A DNA stretch of 64,000 nt from Gracilinanus agilis (taxonomy: Eukaryota). The stretch covers positions 506,666,698 to 506,730,697 of the forward strand of contig NC_058131.1 in NCBI RefSeq assembly GCF_016433145.1, in the 5' to 3' direction. Positions 25,501 to 38,608 of this stretch are shown in pieces (position 1 is the stretch's first letter; every line of letters starts with the position of its first letter). Under the pieces are notes generated by a model. The model searched no databases and was not told the origin of the DNA. It saw nothing but the letters and a program-made list of their open reading frames with translations. The position numbers and the translations under genes are program-made.

Positions 25501-27920
25501 TCCAGTTTCTCCCACTTATAAATTTAGTCTAAATTTTAATGTAGGCTTATAATTTATATTGCTGTATTAAAATATATGTTTTACAAAATTCAACGTGTGT
25601 CACAGGTGCACATGTGAATGCACTTTTTAAAAATAAGTCGTGATTTTATTGCATAAAGAACTCTAAGGTGAGAGGACTACCTACTCCCACCCATTTTGGA
25701 GGTCAGCACCTGCTCTGTAAATAACAGTCTTAGAGTTGCCTAAATAGTTAAAGAGACTTCTTTGGGGATACAAACCCAGGATGTGTTAGAGGCAATACTT
25801 TCTAACTGAGGTCATCCCTCTATCCACTACTATACTGCCTCTCCTATATGTAAACATGTAAAAACATCTCAAGTAACTTTTCTTTCATTCTAGCAGGTCC
25901 TTTCAAGCTGGAAAGTTTTTTTTTGTTTGTTTGTTTGTTTGTTTTTTGGTAAGAACCAAGGCTATGTGTCTGTACTCCAAAGATTAGCCTGGTTCCTGAG
26001 ATTCATCAGCACACAATATTGGACTTTTTTGCTCAGACCTCCTTAGGAAAATCCCCTACTAAGACATGCAGAGGCTGGTCTGCATATTGCAGGGTGTATG
26101 TCCATCCTTGTGAAAACAACCAGAAAATCTTTCCCTTCAACTTCAAAACGAGACTTTCATTCCACCCTTTAAGCAGTATCCAAGGACACTTCCAAAAGTT
26201 TTATTGCACTATGGGTGGCCTTAACTGACTGGCTGCTCCAAGCAAGCTATTTCCATTCTCATCAGCTCTCTGTGGGAGGCTCTAAATAACAGCAATAAGA
26301 GCCACAGGAACACTCCAACGGCAAAATAGCAAAATAGGGATAAGATTCCTCCAAAGGAGAACCTCAAAGTAAAAGGGAGGTAATAAATTCCAGAAATAGA
26401 GGGTGTGAAAATGGCCTTTTGAATAAGAGGGATTCCACAATTTCAAGAAAGAGTATTAGGCCATGGGAGTAGGTGTGGAACCATTTATACCCCCATGATC
26501 CTCCCAACCAACCTGAGGCCTGAAATTCCCTAAATATGATTAAATTCATTCCAAAAGTCTTAAAGGCTACCCTGAGATACCATACAAATGCAATTACCCC
26601 TGGAAAGGGACACATTTTAGATCCTCAGTTTAGGACTAATTTAACAAACTGCTTTTGCATCTTGGCAGTAACTGAGAGCTGAAAGGAGATGTATGTACGA
26701 GACCTAGCATAAATACATGAAAGTGTTTATGGAAGGGAGATAAAAGAGTAATGGTGAAAGGGGAAGAATGACAGTAAGCCATTTAGGGCCTAGGATCAGT
26801 CATAGGAAACAATCATATTAAAACAAAGTTTTGAATTAAACTTTCACCATCACTCAAGATATTCAGCCTTGTGTCCTTGTATTTTTCATACCAAGGTCAG
26901 GCTTTAAACCATGGAAGTGGTATAATTAGTGCAGTCTTGGAGGTACTTCTCAAAGTCCCAAAAACAGAAACATCTATACTTTTCCTTTTTAGTAAATGAT
27001 ATTGACTTCTTCCTAGAATTACTTCCCGCAAATGTAAGATATTCCTTCAATTTTTGAATCCCTTCTTTTCTACAATATGTATGTTTTCCAACTCTGATGT
27101 TCAAGACCACCTTCATCCAATTTCCTTTCTGCTTAGGGTCTTTGTTTTCTCTTTCTCACTCTGGGTTTATAACCACATAAGCATACCATATATTTCTACC
27201 TATTACCTTTGGGATTCTGTTTCCAATCTGCAACCTTCAGTTAGTGATAGGGCCAAGACTAAAATTAGAAATATCTCCTGGTTCAGAGACTAGTGTTCTT
27301 TCCACTATAACATTGTCTCTCTTGACCCCTTGTTCTACTCAAACAAGTATTAGACAAAGGAAAAAGAGAGAAAAGACATAGAGAAACTCATGGTTGAAGG
27401 CTAAAAAAGAGAGTATTTGAAAAAGGAGGTAATGTTAATTATTTAGCTCAGGAAAATAAGTTAATATCTTCTATGCATAAAAACTGGATTAGTAAATTTT
27501 ATGAGCATATATTTTGGTACATCCCTCTCCCCACCACCAGCATAAAGTCTTTTTAGCATGAAAGTTGTTCTGTTTCAATAAATTTAGGCTCTACATTTAT
27601 TTTTATTATTTTTCAGATGTTTTAGTGAAGTGTTTTGTTTTTAAACTAATGTTTTTTCCCATCGTTTTAGGTTAATTACACGTGATCTCTATTATCAATC
27701 ACATTGTGCAAGATGGATTAGCAAGATGAGGGACTGAAAACACTGGCCATCTGAAAACTAAGCAAGCTCACATGCTAAATCACTTTTTCCCCCTGCACAA
27801 ATTATGATCACAATGACATTTTAGAAATCATGGCATAGAAATGAGGCACATGTTCATGGAATGAGATTATGGAACAAACACAGAAAGTCATGCCTCACCA
27901 CACAGATAATTTGATCTTAC

Positions 27921-27949
27921 CTTTTTCTGACATATAGCAGATATTTCAG
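27921..27949 (-). CDS. UNC79: UNC79 coding mini-exon (29 nt): (A)EISAICQKK
   Basis: tccccttacag|CTGAAATATCTGCTATATGTCAGAAAAAG|gtaagat. Phase 1 to 0, matches recalled UNC79 AEISAICQKK. Confidence 0.95.
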
Positions 27950-28483
27950 CTGTAAGGGGAAGGTATACAAAACATCAACAGTGAAAGAAAGCCCAACTTA
28001 GCAAGGGCATCCAGGTAGAAAAAACAAGTTTAGCATAATATTACCTCTGGAATTAGCCACAGAAATCTATATTGTTATGATAAATCTCCAATATGGGTAT
28101 CTACTTCATCTTGTCTACACTTTTAGACCTAGGCAATCTCTATAAGGGCCACAAAGTAATCAGAGCTCTTTTTCATCAGTGACCAGTGGCATGCATCATA
28201 ACCATCAGCTTCATCATTATTATAATACCTTACCTTTATATAGAGCTTATTCCTGCATACATTGTCTCATATGATATACATAACAACCCTGTGAGGTAAG
28301 TAGTACAAATATTATCCTCTCTTAAATAAAGTTACTAAGGACCTTAAAGAACTAAAGAGTTAGATCAAATAAATCATAGAGATCTGTTGACGATAAAAGT
28401 GTAAATACAGTGCCTGTTATAAAGTAGTATAAATTAATAATTATTTTTCATTCATTTTTGTCTTTTAAAGTACCACCCTCGTT

Positions 28484-28706
28484 CAGTTATTCTCAAATTT
28501 TTTGGTCTCACAACCCCTTTAATTCTTAAAAAATCTTGAGTATTCCCCAAAGAGATTTTATTTATGTCAGTTGAATCCCCATGTTTACTTAGTATTAGAA
28601 ATATAAATGCCTTAGCATTATTATGAAACCCATTTTGACTTTGTAGATCCTCTGAAAGAATCTTGGGGTTCAGGGAATCTTCCGACCATATTTTTGGTAA
28701 CTACTG
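28484..28706 (+). mobile_element. Charlie1-like hAT remnant
   Basis: TIR cagttattctcaaa / ttggtaactactg. TSD ccctcgtt / tcctagtt (6/8). Confidence 0.6.
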
Positions 28707-29572
28707 TCCTAGTTAATGAATTTGAAATTTTAATGCCCTAGGTTTGCTGGACATGTGGGGTTAGTTTAAGTATAACACTAAAACTTTAGACTATGTTACT
28801 CAGGTCTACACAATAACAATACTTCTACTTCAAAAACCTAAGAATTTTATCAATTCATCAGTTGCAGGTACTTCATTGGTACCTACAAAAACCACAAAGA
28901 TCCCAATCTCATCAAGACATAATAGAGATTTTCATAAAGTTGCTGTAGCCCAAAAGCTTCATTACCTAGTGGCCAACTTTCTGGTGGCAAATGTCTCTAA
29001 TTCTAGCAAAACTGATACTCTGACAACCAACAGGCCCTTACTCAAAGCCTTTCCTGCTTAGTAGAGGCTGTCAGGGGTACTCAGTTTCCATTAGCATAGC
29101 CATGATAATTATACAATTAATAATAATGATGCTTTGGAGAACTTTAGAGTAGGAATTACTCATTGGGTATTTTGTTTATGCACTGCCAAATAAAGAGACT
29201 AATTGATTTCTTAGCACAAAATTCTTTATTGACTATATCAACCATTTTTCTCTGCCATATCTTCTTTAAGACAGTACTTATAATGGAATCCCTCAAGCCT
29301 CTTTAACCCTACATAAAGGCTGCACATGGCATGGCTAGTGAAAGCCAAACTATCACTATACACATTGGCAAAATTTTTTAGTACATTCTCATGTCCTATT
29401 CCATCCTAACTTGATCTTCAGCAGAATGGTAGGAACTGGATGAGTAGCAATGGTTGCAGGAGGGTTGGCTGGGAAACCTTTTCCCAGGTTTATTTTTTTA
29501 CCACTTTAAGTCAACTACCATTCTGTTTGTAAAACCCAGGTCACACACAGCACCAAGTCTTAGACAGAAAAG

Positions 29573-29575
<3 letters not shown>

Positions 29576-29615
<40 letters not shown>

Positions 29616-29620
29616 GTGTG
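29576..29620. repeat. (TG)n microsatellite with one CG interruption
   Basis: Directly visible. Confidence 0.98.
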
Positions 29621-30793
29621 TTTTCAAAGTTTCATTTTGAGTGATCTAAGTGATCTGAGTTCTGTACTATCTCAATGAAAGTATTTGCAGCATCAAAACT
29701 CTCTTAAGTCATTTGTCCATATGGAAAACTATGGTGGTCAATGGTCTCTGTATTTGCTATTTGTGTCTGCTAGTGATTGCTTAGGGAAGGAGTTCTAGCT
29801 GAGCAAACTAGTGCTAATTGCTAACTCCTAATTAGTTCCATCAATTGACCATTAGAAATCAAGAAGGAAACTTAAGGACTAACTTAAATTTAGCTTTCCT
29901 TGGAACCTTTGGATAGCCATGGTAAAGAGCAATAAATAGGCATAGCAAAAGTATAATTTGTATGGTGAATCTCTGAGTAGAACCACTTTTAATGATAATG
30001 GTAATACAGTTGCACTCAAGATTTAGCAATGGGTGGGTAGTGATATGGTTAATAAGTAACAAGGGACTGTAGTAAAGTGATGGTTGTAGGAACACAGAGA
30101 ATGGTGCTAGATGTTAGAGATGAAATGAATGACAAATGATGAACTCCTGATTAAAAATTAAATATACCTCGCAGGGAGTTGGTAGACAATATATGACTAG
30201 AGGCTTTACCTACTTAGCCCTACGGCAGAACCAAGACCAATGAGTCAGGAATGTGGAGGGAGGTCAATTTTAGCACAATATATGAGGGAAAAAATTTTTT
30301 TTATTTCTACCACTCAGAGACATGTCCAAAAATGGAAATGGCTGCTTAATGGAATAATGAGTTCCCAGTTAATGGAGGTTTTCAAGTAGAGGCTTCATGT
30401 CTGGAATGTTACACATCTAGAATATCAGAGACTCCTACTTTGAGTAAAAGTTGAACTTAATGACTCCTAAATTACCTTCCAACTTAATATTCTATGATTG
30501 TTTTCCTCTGGAATTCTTTCCAACTTATGAGACCTAGCTGGTGACATGAAAGCAATAGGAACCATGGCAGGGAAAGTGATTATTAATCCCTAAAGGTCAA
30601 AGAAAGAATGCTGGCCTATGCCAGATATGTACAGAAAACTTCTGAGAAATAAGATTCAAAAATTTCATAGATGATATATGTCATCTTTTACAACATGACA
30701 AACATCAAAATACATATTGCATTATAGCACATGTATAACTTATATGTCCTGCCATTTCAGGAAGGGAGAGAAGGAGAGGAAGAGGAAGAGAAG

Positions 30794-30797
<4 letters not shown>

Positions 30798-30847
<50 letters not shown>
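30798..30847. repeat. (GA)n microsatellite in a purine-rich tract
   Basis: Directly visible. Confidence 0.98.
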
Positions 30848-30852
<5 letters not shown>

Positions 30853-30959
30853 ATGGGGAAGTGAGGGAGGGAAAAGAAAGAGAGGGAATATGGATTGCAA
30901 AACGTCAGAAAAAAATTTTGTTACATGTAATCTGGAAAACAGATAATTTTTTTAAGTTC

Positions 30960-32830
30960 ATAGAAATTACAATATAGATAGCCAAAGACTCTAAAAAGAA
31001 AAAGTAGTTCAAAGGCAATGAGAAATTCTCATAAAGTTAAAACTTATGATATAATCAGGAAGGATCAAATTGAGAAGGAAAAGATGAAGTATCTAAAGAA
31101 ACTGATGTGGCTGTATAGGGAGTTGTACAATGAGTTAATGGTTTTAAACTTGTATTAAAAATAAAAGAAGAGCACATAACCAAGGAATAATACAAGAGTG
31201 GCACAAACTATAAGAGAAGCATCAGGAAAGCTGAGCTAAGGAATATGAATAAACTGAGGACAATAATAAAAGTGTATTGAGCAGTGTTTATGAAGCAGAA
31301 AAAAAAACAAGGGAAAGATCAGCCCATTGTATTGGAAGATGAAAGGAGAACTACTCAATTCTCATCTGTTTCTATTGCCCTGTAAAAGAGAGTGATCTTC
31401 ACACTGGAAAAATTAAATCAAACATAAGTAAACCCAAAATAAATAAGTCAAAGTAAGAACATCCTCTAATTCTTCTAAATGAATTCAACTCTTCATACTT
31501 ATGGTCAAGAATTTAGTAGGTGCAGAAAACATTTCCAGTGTTTTAGTAGCAGAAATAACATGTTTGCCCCTAGTTAAAAAGAATAATTAATGAATATAGA
31601 AAGCTTCTTCTCTGCCACTATCCTTTCCCCCTCTTAAAGCATCTTCCTCAGCACTAGTGTCTCTTAAGTAAGTGACATTTTGTGCATCTTGCCCCTGAGG
31701 ACAGTTGAAAATGCATTCCTCAGGGAGACAAAAATCCTAGCTCTGGCAAACTTCCCAAAACATATCCAAAATATGGAAAACAGAATATTGAAGAAAAAGT
31801 CACAAAACCACCAGATGTAATCTTTAGAAATAGTAGGAAATGGAAGAAATGCCAAAAGGATGGAAGAACAACAAATATTGTGATTTTCAAAAATAGGCAA
31901 GGTATGGGACATCATTCCCTGGAAAAATTCTAGAAAGGATTATAAAACAATGGTTTATGAGTGCTTGGAAATGGAGATAAAAGGAATTACTAAACAGTCA
32001 TCTTAAACTACTCCTTAACTGTTGTTTCTGAGGACATGTTTAATGGATAGAGAACCAATCTCAGAGTCAAGTACTGCCCACTTCTGACAAATTCTAGCTC
32101 TATGACTTTGGGTAAGCCACCTAACCTCTCCGTGCCCCTGGCAAGTACTGATCTGCACTGGTAGTGATAGCTGCCTCAAATATATATCTCTATATCAATG
32201 GAATCACAGGTCCAGTTCAAAAGAAGCTTAAGAGTGATCAAGCAAATGCAATAAATATGGTGGGTCAATCTGGGTGGCGGAAAATATTTGACAAAGTTGC
32301 TTATAATATACTTGTGAGATTAGATGATTGTGGACTAGATAAATGTTGCTTACTATATCAATACTAATGTGAAAAGATGCCTTTAGTGAATGTGAAAAGA
32401 CTCTGCATCTGGCTGTCTGAGGCTCTACATGTTTATCAGTAACTTGAATCAAGACATAGAACAATTAAAGTTGCAAATAATGAAAATTGGGAGAAATAAC
32501 TAATTCATTTGATAGCAGAAATAGGATCCTACAAGGTCTTGAAAGGTTAAGATTAACCTTCAAGACCCAAAATTAACATGATGAAATTTGATAGGGATAA
32601 ATATAGTCTTGTATTTAGCTTTGTATTTTTTAAAATACATTTTATAATTGCATAATGTAGAAAACTTGTATTAATAACTCCTTTAAAAAATCAGACGGGG
32701 GAAAGTTTACTTGATGAAAATTCAATATAAGTCAAAAGTGTGAAACAAGTTCTAAAATACTAATGCCATTTTAGACAACATTAATAGAAGTAGGAAGAGG
32801 GGTTAGCATTCCACCATTGATACTATGGAA
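30960..32830 (+). mobile_element. CR1/L3 LINE RT-region remnant
   Basis: CR1-like RT stretches: aaatatttgacaaagttgct...ggactagat; aaagttgcaaataatgaaaattgggag (decayed KFADDTKLG). Confidence 0.65.
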
Positions 32831-32959
32831 AGGACCAATCAGTGGACATTACAGAGAGGTAAACTTCACTTCAATAGAAGGAATGCTGCCACAAAAGTTC
32901 TATTCTGATACTTCTTAATAAAATAGAAGTAGCCCTGGGTTTTCAACAATACGCTAGAA

Positions 32960-33421
32960 CAGTGATGGTGAACCTTTTAGAGGCGGAGTGCTGAGCCCCA
33001 CCCCCTCCCCATCTCCTAAACTAAGTGCTGTGCTGGCCCTTTCAGACACCACATGCTGGGTATACCCTGCCCTCCCACCACTCCACACAGGGGAAGGAGA
33101 AAGTGCTCCCGGATGGAGGGGTGGGTGAAGTGAGGAATGTCCTCAGCCAGCATAGAGAGGAGGAGGGAAGTGACCTGAGCACTCTGCTCCCCTCCAGCTC
33201 TACCACCCACCTTAGCCACTGTGTGTTCCCATTGGGTTGCTGGGCAAAGAGGCAGGGAGGTGTGGTGGAGAAGGGGAGGGGAACAGCTCTACCTGAGTCC
33301 CTTTTCCTTTCTAGTAATGAACTCTGGGAGTGGGAAGGTGGGGAGGGAGGATGGCCAAGTACCCACAGAGAGAACTCTGCATGCCATCTTTGGTACCCGT
33401 GTCATGGATTCACCATCACTG
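32960..33421 (-). mobile_element. OposCharlie-like hAT element, opposite orientation to the 19862 copy
   Basis: TIRs cagtgatggtgaacct / ggattcaccatcactg. Termini are reverse complements of those of the 19862 copy. TSD cgctagaa / tgctaaaa (6/8). Confidence 0.85.
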
Positions 33422-34004
33422 TGCTAAAATATCCTCTGGGAGGATTTATCAAGTTAGAAAAGTTTCGAGTAGAATTTGAGCTCCAAACACTCTTCTATCC
33501 AAGAAATAGCAAAGATACACCAGAAGAAGGTTGGTGAAAAGGTGATTATTGTCAAAGATGCTCCATGAAACAGACAAATCTACAAAATAGCCCCAAATAC
33601 TTTTCAAGACACCTCAAAGAAGGTATTCTAAAAGAATGTAAAAGATCAAAGATGATATTTTTACCTCCCCCCCAAAATAACCAAAAAAATCAACTACCAA
33701 CTCATATATCTATTTTCTCATTTATATAAAATTTTTGTGGGAATGGTATAAGTTGATTCCAAAAAAAAAAAAACAGAAAGACTTTTGTAGAAGCTATTTT
33801 ACAACAAATTGCATTTTTATAATAAGATCCCATTATATTTTTTTGTTTGTTGTTTACAAAAAAAATTTTGACAGAATAAAAGACAGCCTTAAAGTCTCTT
33901 TTCTAAAAAGATACTTTCCATGTTTTATTGAGGTCATACAAGATTCCAATATGAGGCAACACAGAGAATTCTATGTAGTAATACTAAGTCATAAAATAGT
34001 CAGG

Positions 34005-34132
34005 GGGTAGGGAGAGACAGAGCGATAGAGACAGAGAGAGAGAGGGAGACAAAGACAGAAAGAGATAGACATATAGATATATAGATATAGATAGACATAG
34101 ATAAAAAGATAGATAGACTGATAGATAGATAT
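34005..34132. repeat. Compound (GA)/(GATA)/(TAGA) simple repeat
   Basis: Directly visible. Confidence 0.9.
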
Positions 34133-34229
34133 GTATCTGCCGTGGAAGATGTGCTATGAAAGACAAATGGAAGAGAGATTCTCTGAAGATGATGAGGTTC
34201 TCCAGATGCTTCCATTTGCAAATAACACT

Positions 34230-34745
34230 GTACTGACTACATCAAGCTCTGTAACACTTTAGGGCTGTCTCAGTAAGATCCAATCTTTCAAAGGATATCA
34301 ATTAGAAAATATACATGAAAATTAAAATAGATGAAAAATGTGTATTGTTCAGATCATGACATGCATTTAACAGGCAATCCCTTGAGTTATTCCATAATAT
34401 TTATAATAATTTGAACAAACACTAAAAATAGAAAATTTCATGGGCTCATAATAAAATAGTAAAAGAAAATTGGATTGTATATCTTTTGGGAAGGAGTATA
34501 ATGCAAAGACGATCTTCGTAACCAATATGTATAGAATGCTATGTTACAGAATAATCAAAATTTCAGGTGACCCAAAGACAAGGGAAAGACAAATGGTAGA
34601 TATAAGCAAGCTATGCCATACTACAAAATATGACTAATACATGACAAAGTATATAAAAAAGACATCGTAATCAAAAGTAAATATAACCAGGAAAGGAGAT
34701 CCATTGTATATGTAGATCAATTGATAAATAACAGATAGGACAGCT
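34230..34745 (+). mobile_element. Ancient RTE-clade LINE 3' remnant
   Basis: Similar to the 11480-12060 segment in the opposite orientation; highly decayed. Confidence 0.4.
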
Positions 34746-37231
34746 AAGAAGAACTGCAGTGACATCTATGAGACAAAGGCCTCCTCACTAGCTTCAAGTC
34801 TCTCTTCATTCCAATTCAAACTACAAACAAAAGTGTATTTTACTGAAGTCTATATTTATCTAATCATGTCATTGCCCTACTTTCAATAAACTCTAGTGGT
34901 TCTCTATTGCCTTTAAGCTCAAATATAATCTTCTATTTGTCATTTAAAGCACTTCACAGCCTTCTTCCTACCTATTTTTCTAACTTCTTTAAATATTACC
35001 CACTTCTTCCATGCACTCTGTAGTATAGTCAAACTAACGTTCTCTTTGTCTCGCACTGGAAGCACAATGTAAAAAATTTCCTAAGCCTGTATATGCATTT
35101 CTAAGCTCTCTCCTCAGCTCTACTTCTGCATCATCAACTGCTCTTTGGACATCTTGAGATGGCTATATAATATGCCTTTCAAGGTCAAACTGTCTAAAAG
35201 AGAAGATGGCAGAGTAGCAGCATGAAAAGTTGGAACTGCTCTAAGAATCCTCTCAAATCATCTTTAAAAACATGCCTCAACAAATACTGGAGGCACAGAA
35301 CCAGCAAGGAGATGGAGTGAAGTAACTCTCCTGCAGAAAATAACTTGAAAGGCAAACAGAGAGGGTCTATTTCACTGGGTAAGGGGAAACTGGAAGTAAA
35401 CTGCACACAGAAGAGTACAAGCCACTCATCCCCTACCCACTACTCCAGGTTCCACTCCTGGGAACAAGCCAACTTCCAGACTCCGACCCCCTGCCTAAGC
35501 CAATGGGAGAGCAATCCATGCCAACAGCTTGATGTACCAGGGTTTGGCACAAGCCTGCAGTAAAGCCCCTAACCCCAGGGCAAAGTACCTCACAGTGCTC
35601 TGAGCCGTACAAGCCATCAGCAGTCACTGGAGGAGACTGAATCAGCAGCAGGAGGTGGCTTTCAGAGCTCTCAACCCACAGGCAATCATTATACCACCTT
35701 AAAAGAGCTGAAAGTTGCAGAAAACCAGAACTAAAACTGAGGATAGCAGTAAGGAAAAACTGAAGTTTAAGAGAGTGTACCCTCTACCCTGATAAGATGG
35801 TCCACCTTTAAGATAAAAGTAAAAGGGTTTTTTTTTAAAGGCTGGGAAAATGAGCAAACAGAAAAAGAAACACCTAAACATAAAAACAAGGCAAAACCTC
35901 AGTAGGGGATCAGTGAGATTAAAGCAGTCACATGCAAAACTTCAAAGAAACATGGGAATTAGTCTCAGGCACAGGAAGAGCTCAAAAAGGAATTAAAATA
36001 TCAAATAACAGAGGCAGAAGAAAAATGGTGAAAAGAAAAAAAAGTAATGCAAACAGGAAATAGCTTTAAAAAAGAAGAATTAGTCAAATGGAAAAAAAAG
36101 GCATAAAAATCTAATGAGGAAAAGAGTTGTTTAAAAAGTAGAACTGATTAAATGGAAAAAGAGGGGGAGAAAGAGTTCCATAAAGAAAAAAAAGAGAAAA
36201 GAGTTCCATAAAAAGTAGAATTGATCGAATGGAAAGGCTCACAGAAAAAAAGCATTCTTTTAAATTAGAATTGGGCAAATAGAAGCTAATGACTTCAAGA
36301 GACAACAAGAAACAATAAAACAAAATCAAAAGAATGAAAATATGAATGATTTCATTTAAAAAAACAATTAATCTCAAAAATAGATCTAGGAGAGAAAATC
36401 TAAGAATTATTACCTGAAAGACATGATTAAAAAAAAGGCCAGACATCATATTACAAGAAATTATCAAAAAAAAAAACAGCCCAATATGCTTTAACAAGAG
36501 GGTAAGACAGAAATTGAAGGAATCCATGGATCACTTCCTACAATAAATCCCCAAATGACAGCTCTCAGGAATATTATAGCCAAAGTCAAGAACTCCCAGG
36601 CCAAGGAGAAAATACTGCAAACAGTCGGAAAGAAAAAATTCAAATATCATGGCACCACAATCAGAATCACACACTGGTGTAAAATAGAGAAAAGCAGTGA
36701 ATTAGACATGCAACTAAAAAATTTTTAAAAGAACAAAATAAAAAATCTCAATTTAAAGACCAAACTGGAAATCCTAAAAAATCAAAGGAGAAATAAATTA
36801 ATAAAATTAAAAATAAGAGAATTATTGAACTAATAAATACTAGGAGTTGTTTTATGGGAGAGGGGGAATATCAAAAGTATTACCAGTATCAAAATGAAAA
36901 GGGTGAATTCACCTCCAATGAATAAGGAAATTAACACAATCTTTAGAAGCTATTTTGCCCAATTATATGACAATAAATCTGACAGTCTTGGTGAAACAGA
37001 TGAGTAATTTCAAAAATATTCATTGATTAATTCCCATATTGTATGAACTATCTGGCAAAATAAGCAAAGAAGAAGTCCTAACAAATTCTACTTATGATAT
37101 AAATAATGTGCTGATACCTAAGCCAAAAACAGAGAAGGAAAATTACAGACCAATTTCCTTATTGATGCAAAAATCTCAAATTAAATACAAGCAAAGAGAC
37201 TTTAGCAATATATCACAAGGATTATTCATTA

Positions 37232-37417
37232 CCTTCCATTTTAGAACCAATACTGTGTATTGGTTCCAAGGCAGAAGAGCAATAATGGATAGGCAATGGT
37301 GGTTAAGTGACTTGCACAGGGTAACATAGCTAGAAAGTATCTGAGGCCAGATTTGAACCTAGGGACCTCTCATCTATAGGCCTGGCTCTCAATCCACTGA
37401 GCTACCCAGCTGCCCCT
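37232..37417 (-). mobile_element. SINE1_Mdo-type SINE inside L1 ORF2
   Basis: Ends ...ctacccagctgcccct. L1 ORF2 resumes at accaagtggatttatacc. Confidence 0.85.
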
Positions 37418-37541
37418 ACCAAGTGGATTTATACCAGGAATACAAGGTTGGTTTAATATTAGGAAAACTATGAGCATAATTGAACATTTCAATAACAAAA
37501 CTAAAAGACATCACATGATTATCTCAATATAAGAAGAAAAA

Positions 37542-38246
37542 TAAAACCCAGTGGAATTGCTCATTGGTTTTGGGAGCAGGCAAGGGAAAGAATATGATTC
37601 ATGTAACCATAGAAAAATATCCTAAATTAATTAATTAAATAAAGATTTTTAAGAACAAAAACAAAATAAATAAAAAAGTAGAAAACTTTGAAAAACTTAA
37701 AATACTGATAAAATACAACAAAATAAATACAAAAAAAAACACTGATAATATACAAAAAAAAACACTGATTAAAGCTTAATTTTATTGTCGTTAGTACTTG
37801 GTTACATTTTTCTTCCACTTGAAGCCTAGGGTAAATCTAAAATACCCTTCAGATTTTTTTTCTTCAGATTTTTTTTCTTCAGATTTTCTTTCCTTTTGGG
37901 TCAGAATCAGTAGCAGAAGTTTGAGAATGATAATCAATTCTATTATAAAACTCATCACAGGAGACCAGATTTATCAACAGTAAAGGACCTACCAAGCTTT
38001 GAGACCTGTGGTGAAATGTAGGGCTTCCTTTTTATTAACAGTCAATTTGAAATTCATTTGATCTTTTGATTGTTAATAAATATTGAAAGCCATTGCATAA
38101 GCTCTAGGCATGTCCCAGGAATTTGCAGGGAACTAATTAGGGTTCTGATTTATATGGAGTAGAAACAACTCAGCAGGAGTCATTCTGAATTGTCATAGTA
38201 TGTTTTCATATCATAATAAATAAGAGATTGAGTGCAAAAAAATAAC
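37542..38246 (+). mobile_element. 5'-truncated younger L1 3' end plus transduced flank (nested in the old L1)
   Basis: L1_Mdo-type terminus (aaacccagtggaattgct...ctaaattaattaattaaataaa), A-rich tail, unique sequence, AATAAA 38215-38220, second A-tail. TSD aagaagaaaaa at 37531-37541 and 38247-38257. Confidence 0.7.
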
Positions 38247-38293
38247 AAGAAGAAAAAGCCTTTGACAAAATGCAACCACTGTTGAAAGCATAG

Positions 38294-38608
38294 GAAGAAC
38301 TTAACCTCCATTGCTCTTCTGCCTTGGAACCAATACACTGCATTGATTCTAAGATGGAAGGTAAGCATTTAAAAAAATAAATAAATACCAACTGGTTATA
38401 ATGAATAATCCTTGTGATATATTGCTAAAGTCTCTTTGCTTGTATTTTACTTGAGATTTTTGTATCAATAAGGAAACTAGTCTGTAATTTTCCTTCTCTG
38501 TTTTTGACTTAGGTACCAGCACATTATTTATGTCATAAGTAGAATTTGGTACGACTTCTTCTTTGTTTATTTTGCCAAATAGTTCATACAATAACAAATA
38601 CAAAAATA
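38294..38608 (-). repeat. Inverted copy of about 37037-37290 (L1 ORF2 piece plus SINE tail)
   Basis: ORFs 37039-37329(+) and 38349-38621(-) encode near-identical peptides. About 12 differences in about 190 nt by hand alignment. Flanked by aaagcatag at 38285-38293 and 38609-38617. Confidence 0.85.

Noticed and set aside
25960-26680. Minus-strand LQYAD resembling an RT YADD motif, possibly a retrocopy downstream of the island
   Set aside because: The motif is incomplete, flanking residues do not match RT, and frames are closed by stops. Left unassigned.
30717-30977. Arg/Glu-rich ORFs
   Set aside because: They are translations of the (GA)n microsatellite; the same applies to 29454-29678 and 33984-34221.
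36111-36527. 138-aa hydrophobic minus-strand ORF
   Set aside because: It is the antisense of A-rich L1 ORF1, and the hydrophobicity is a compositional artefact.
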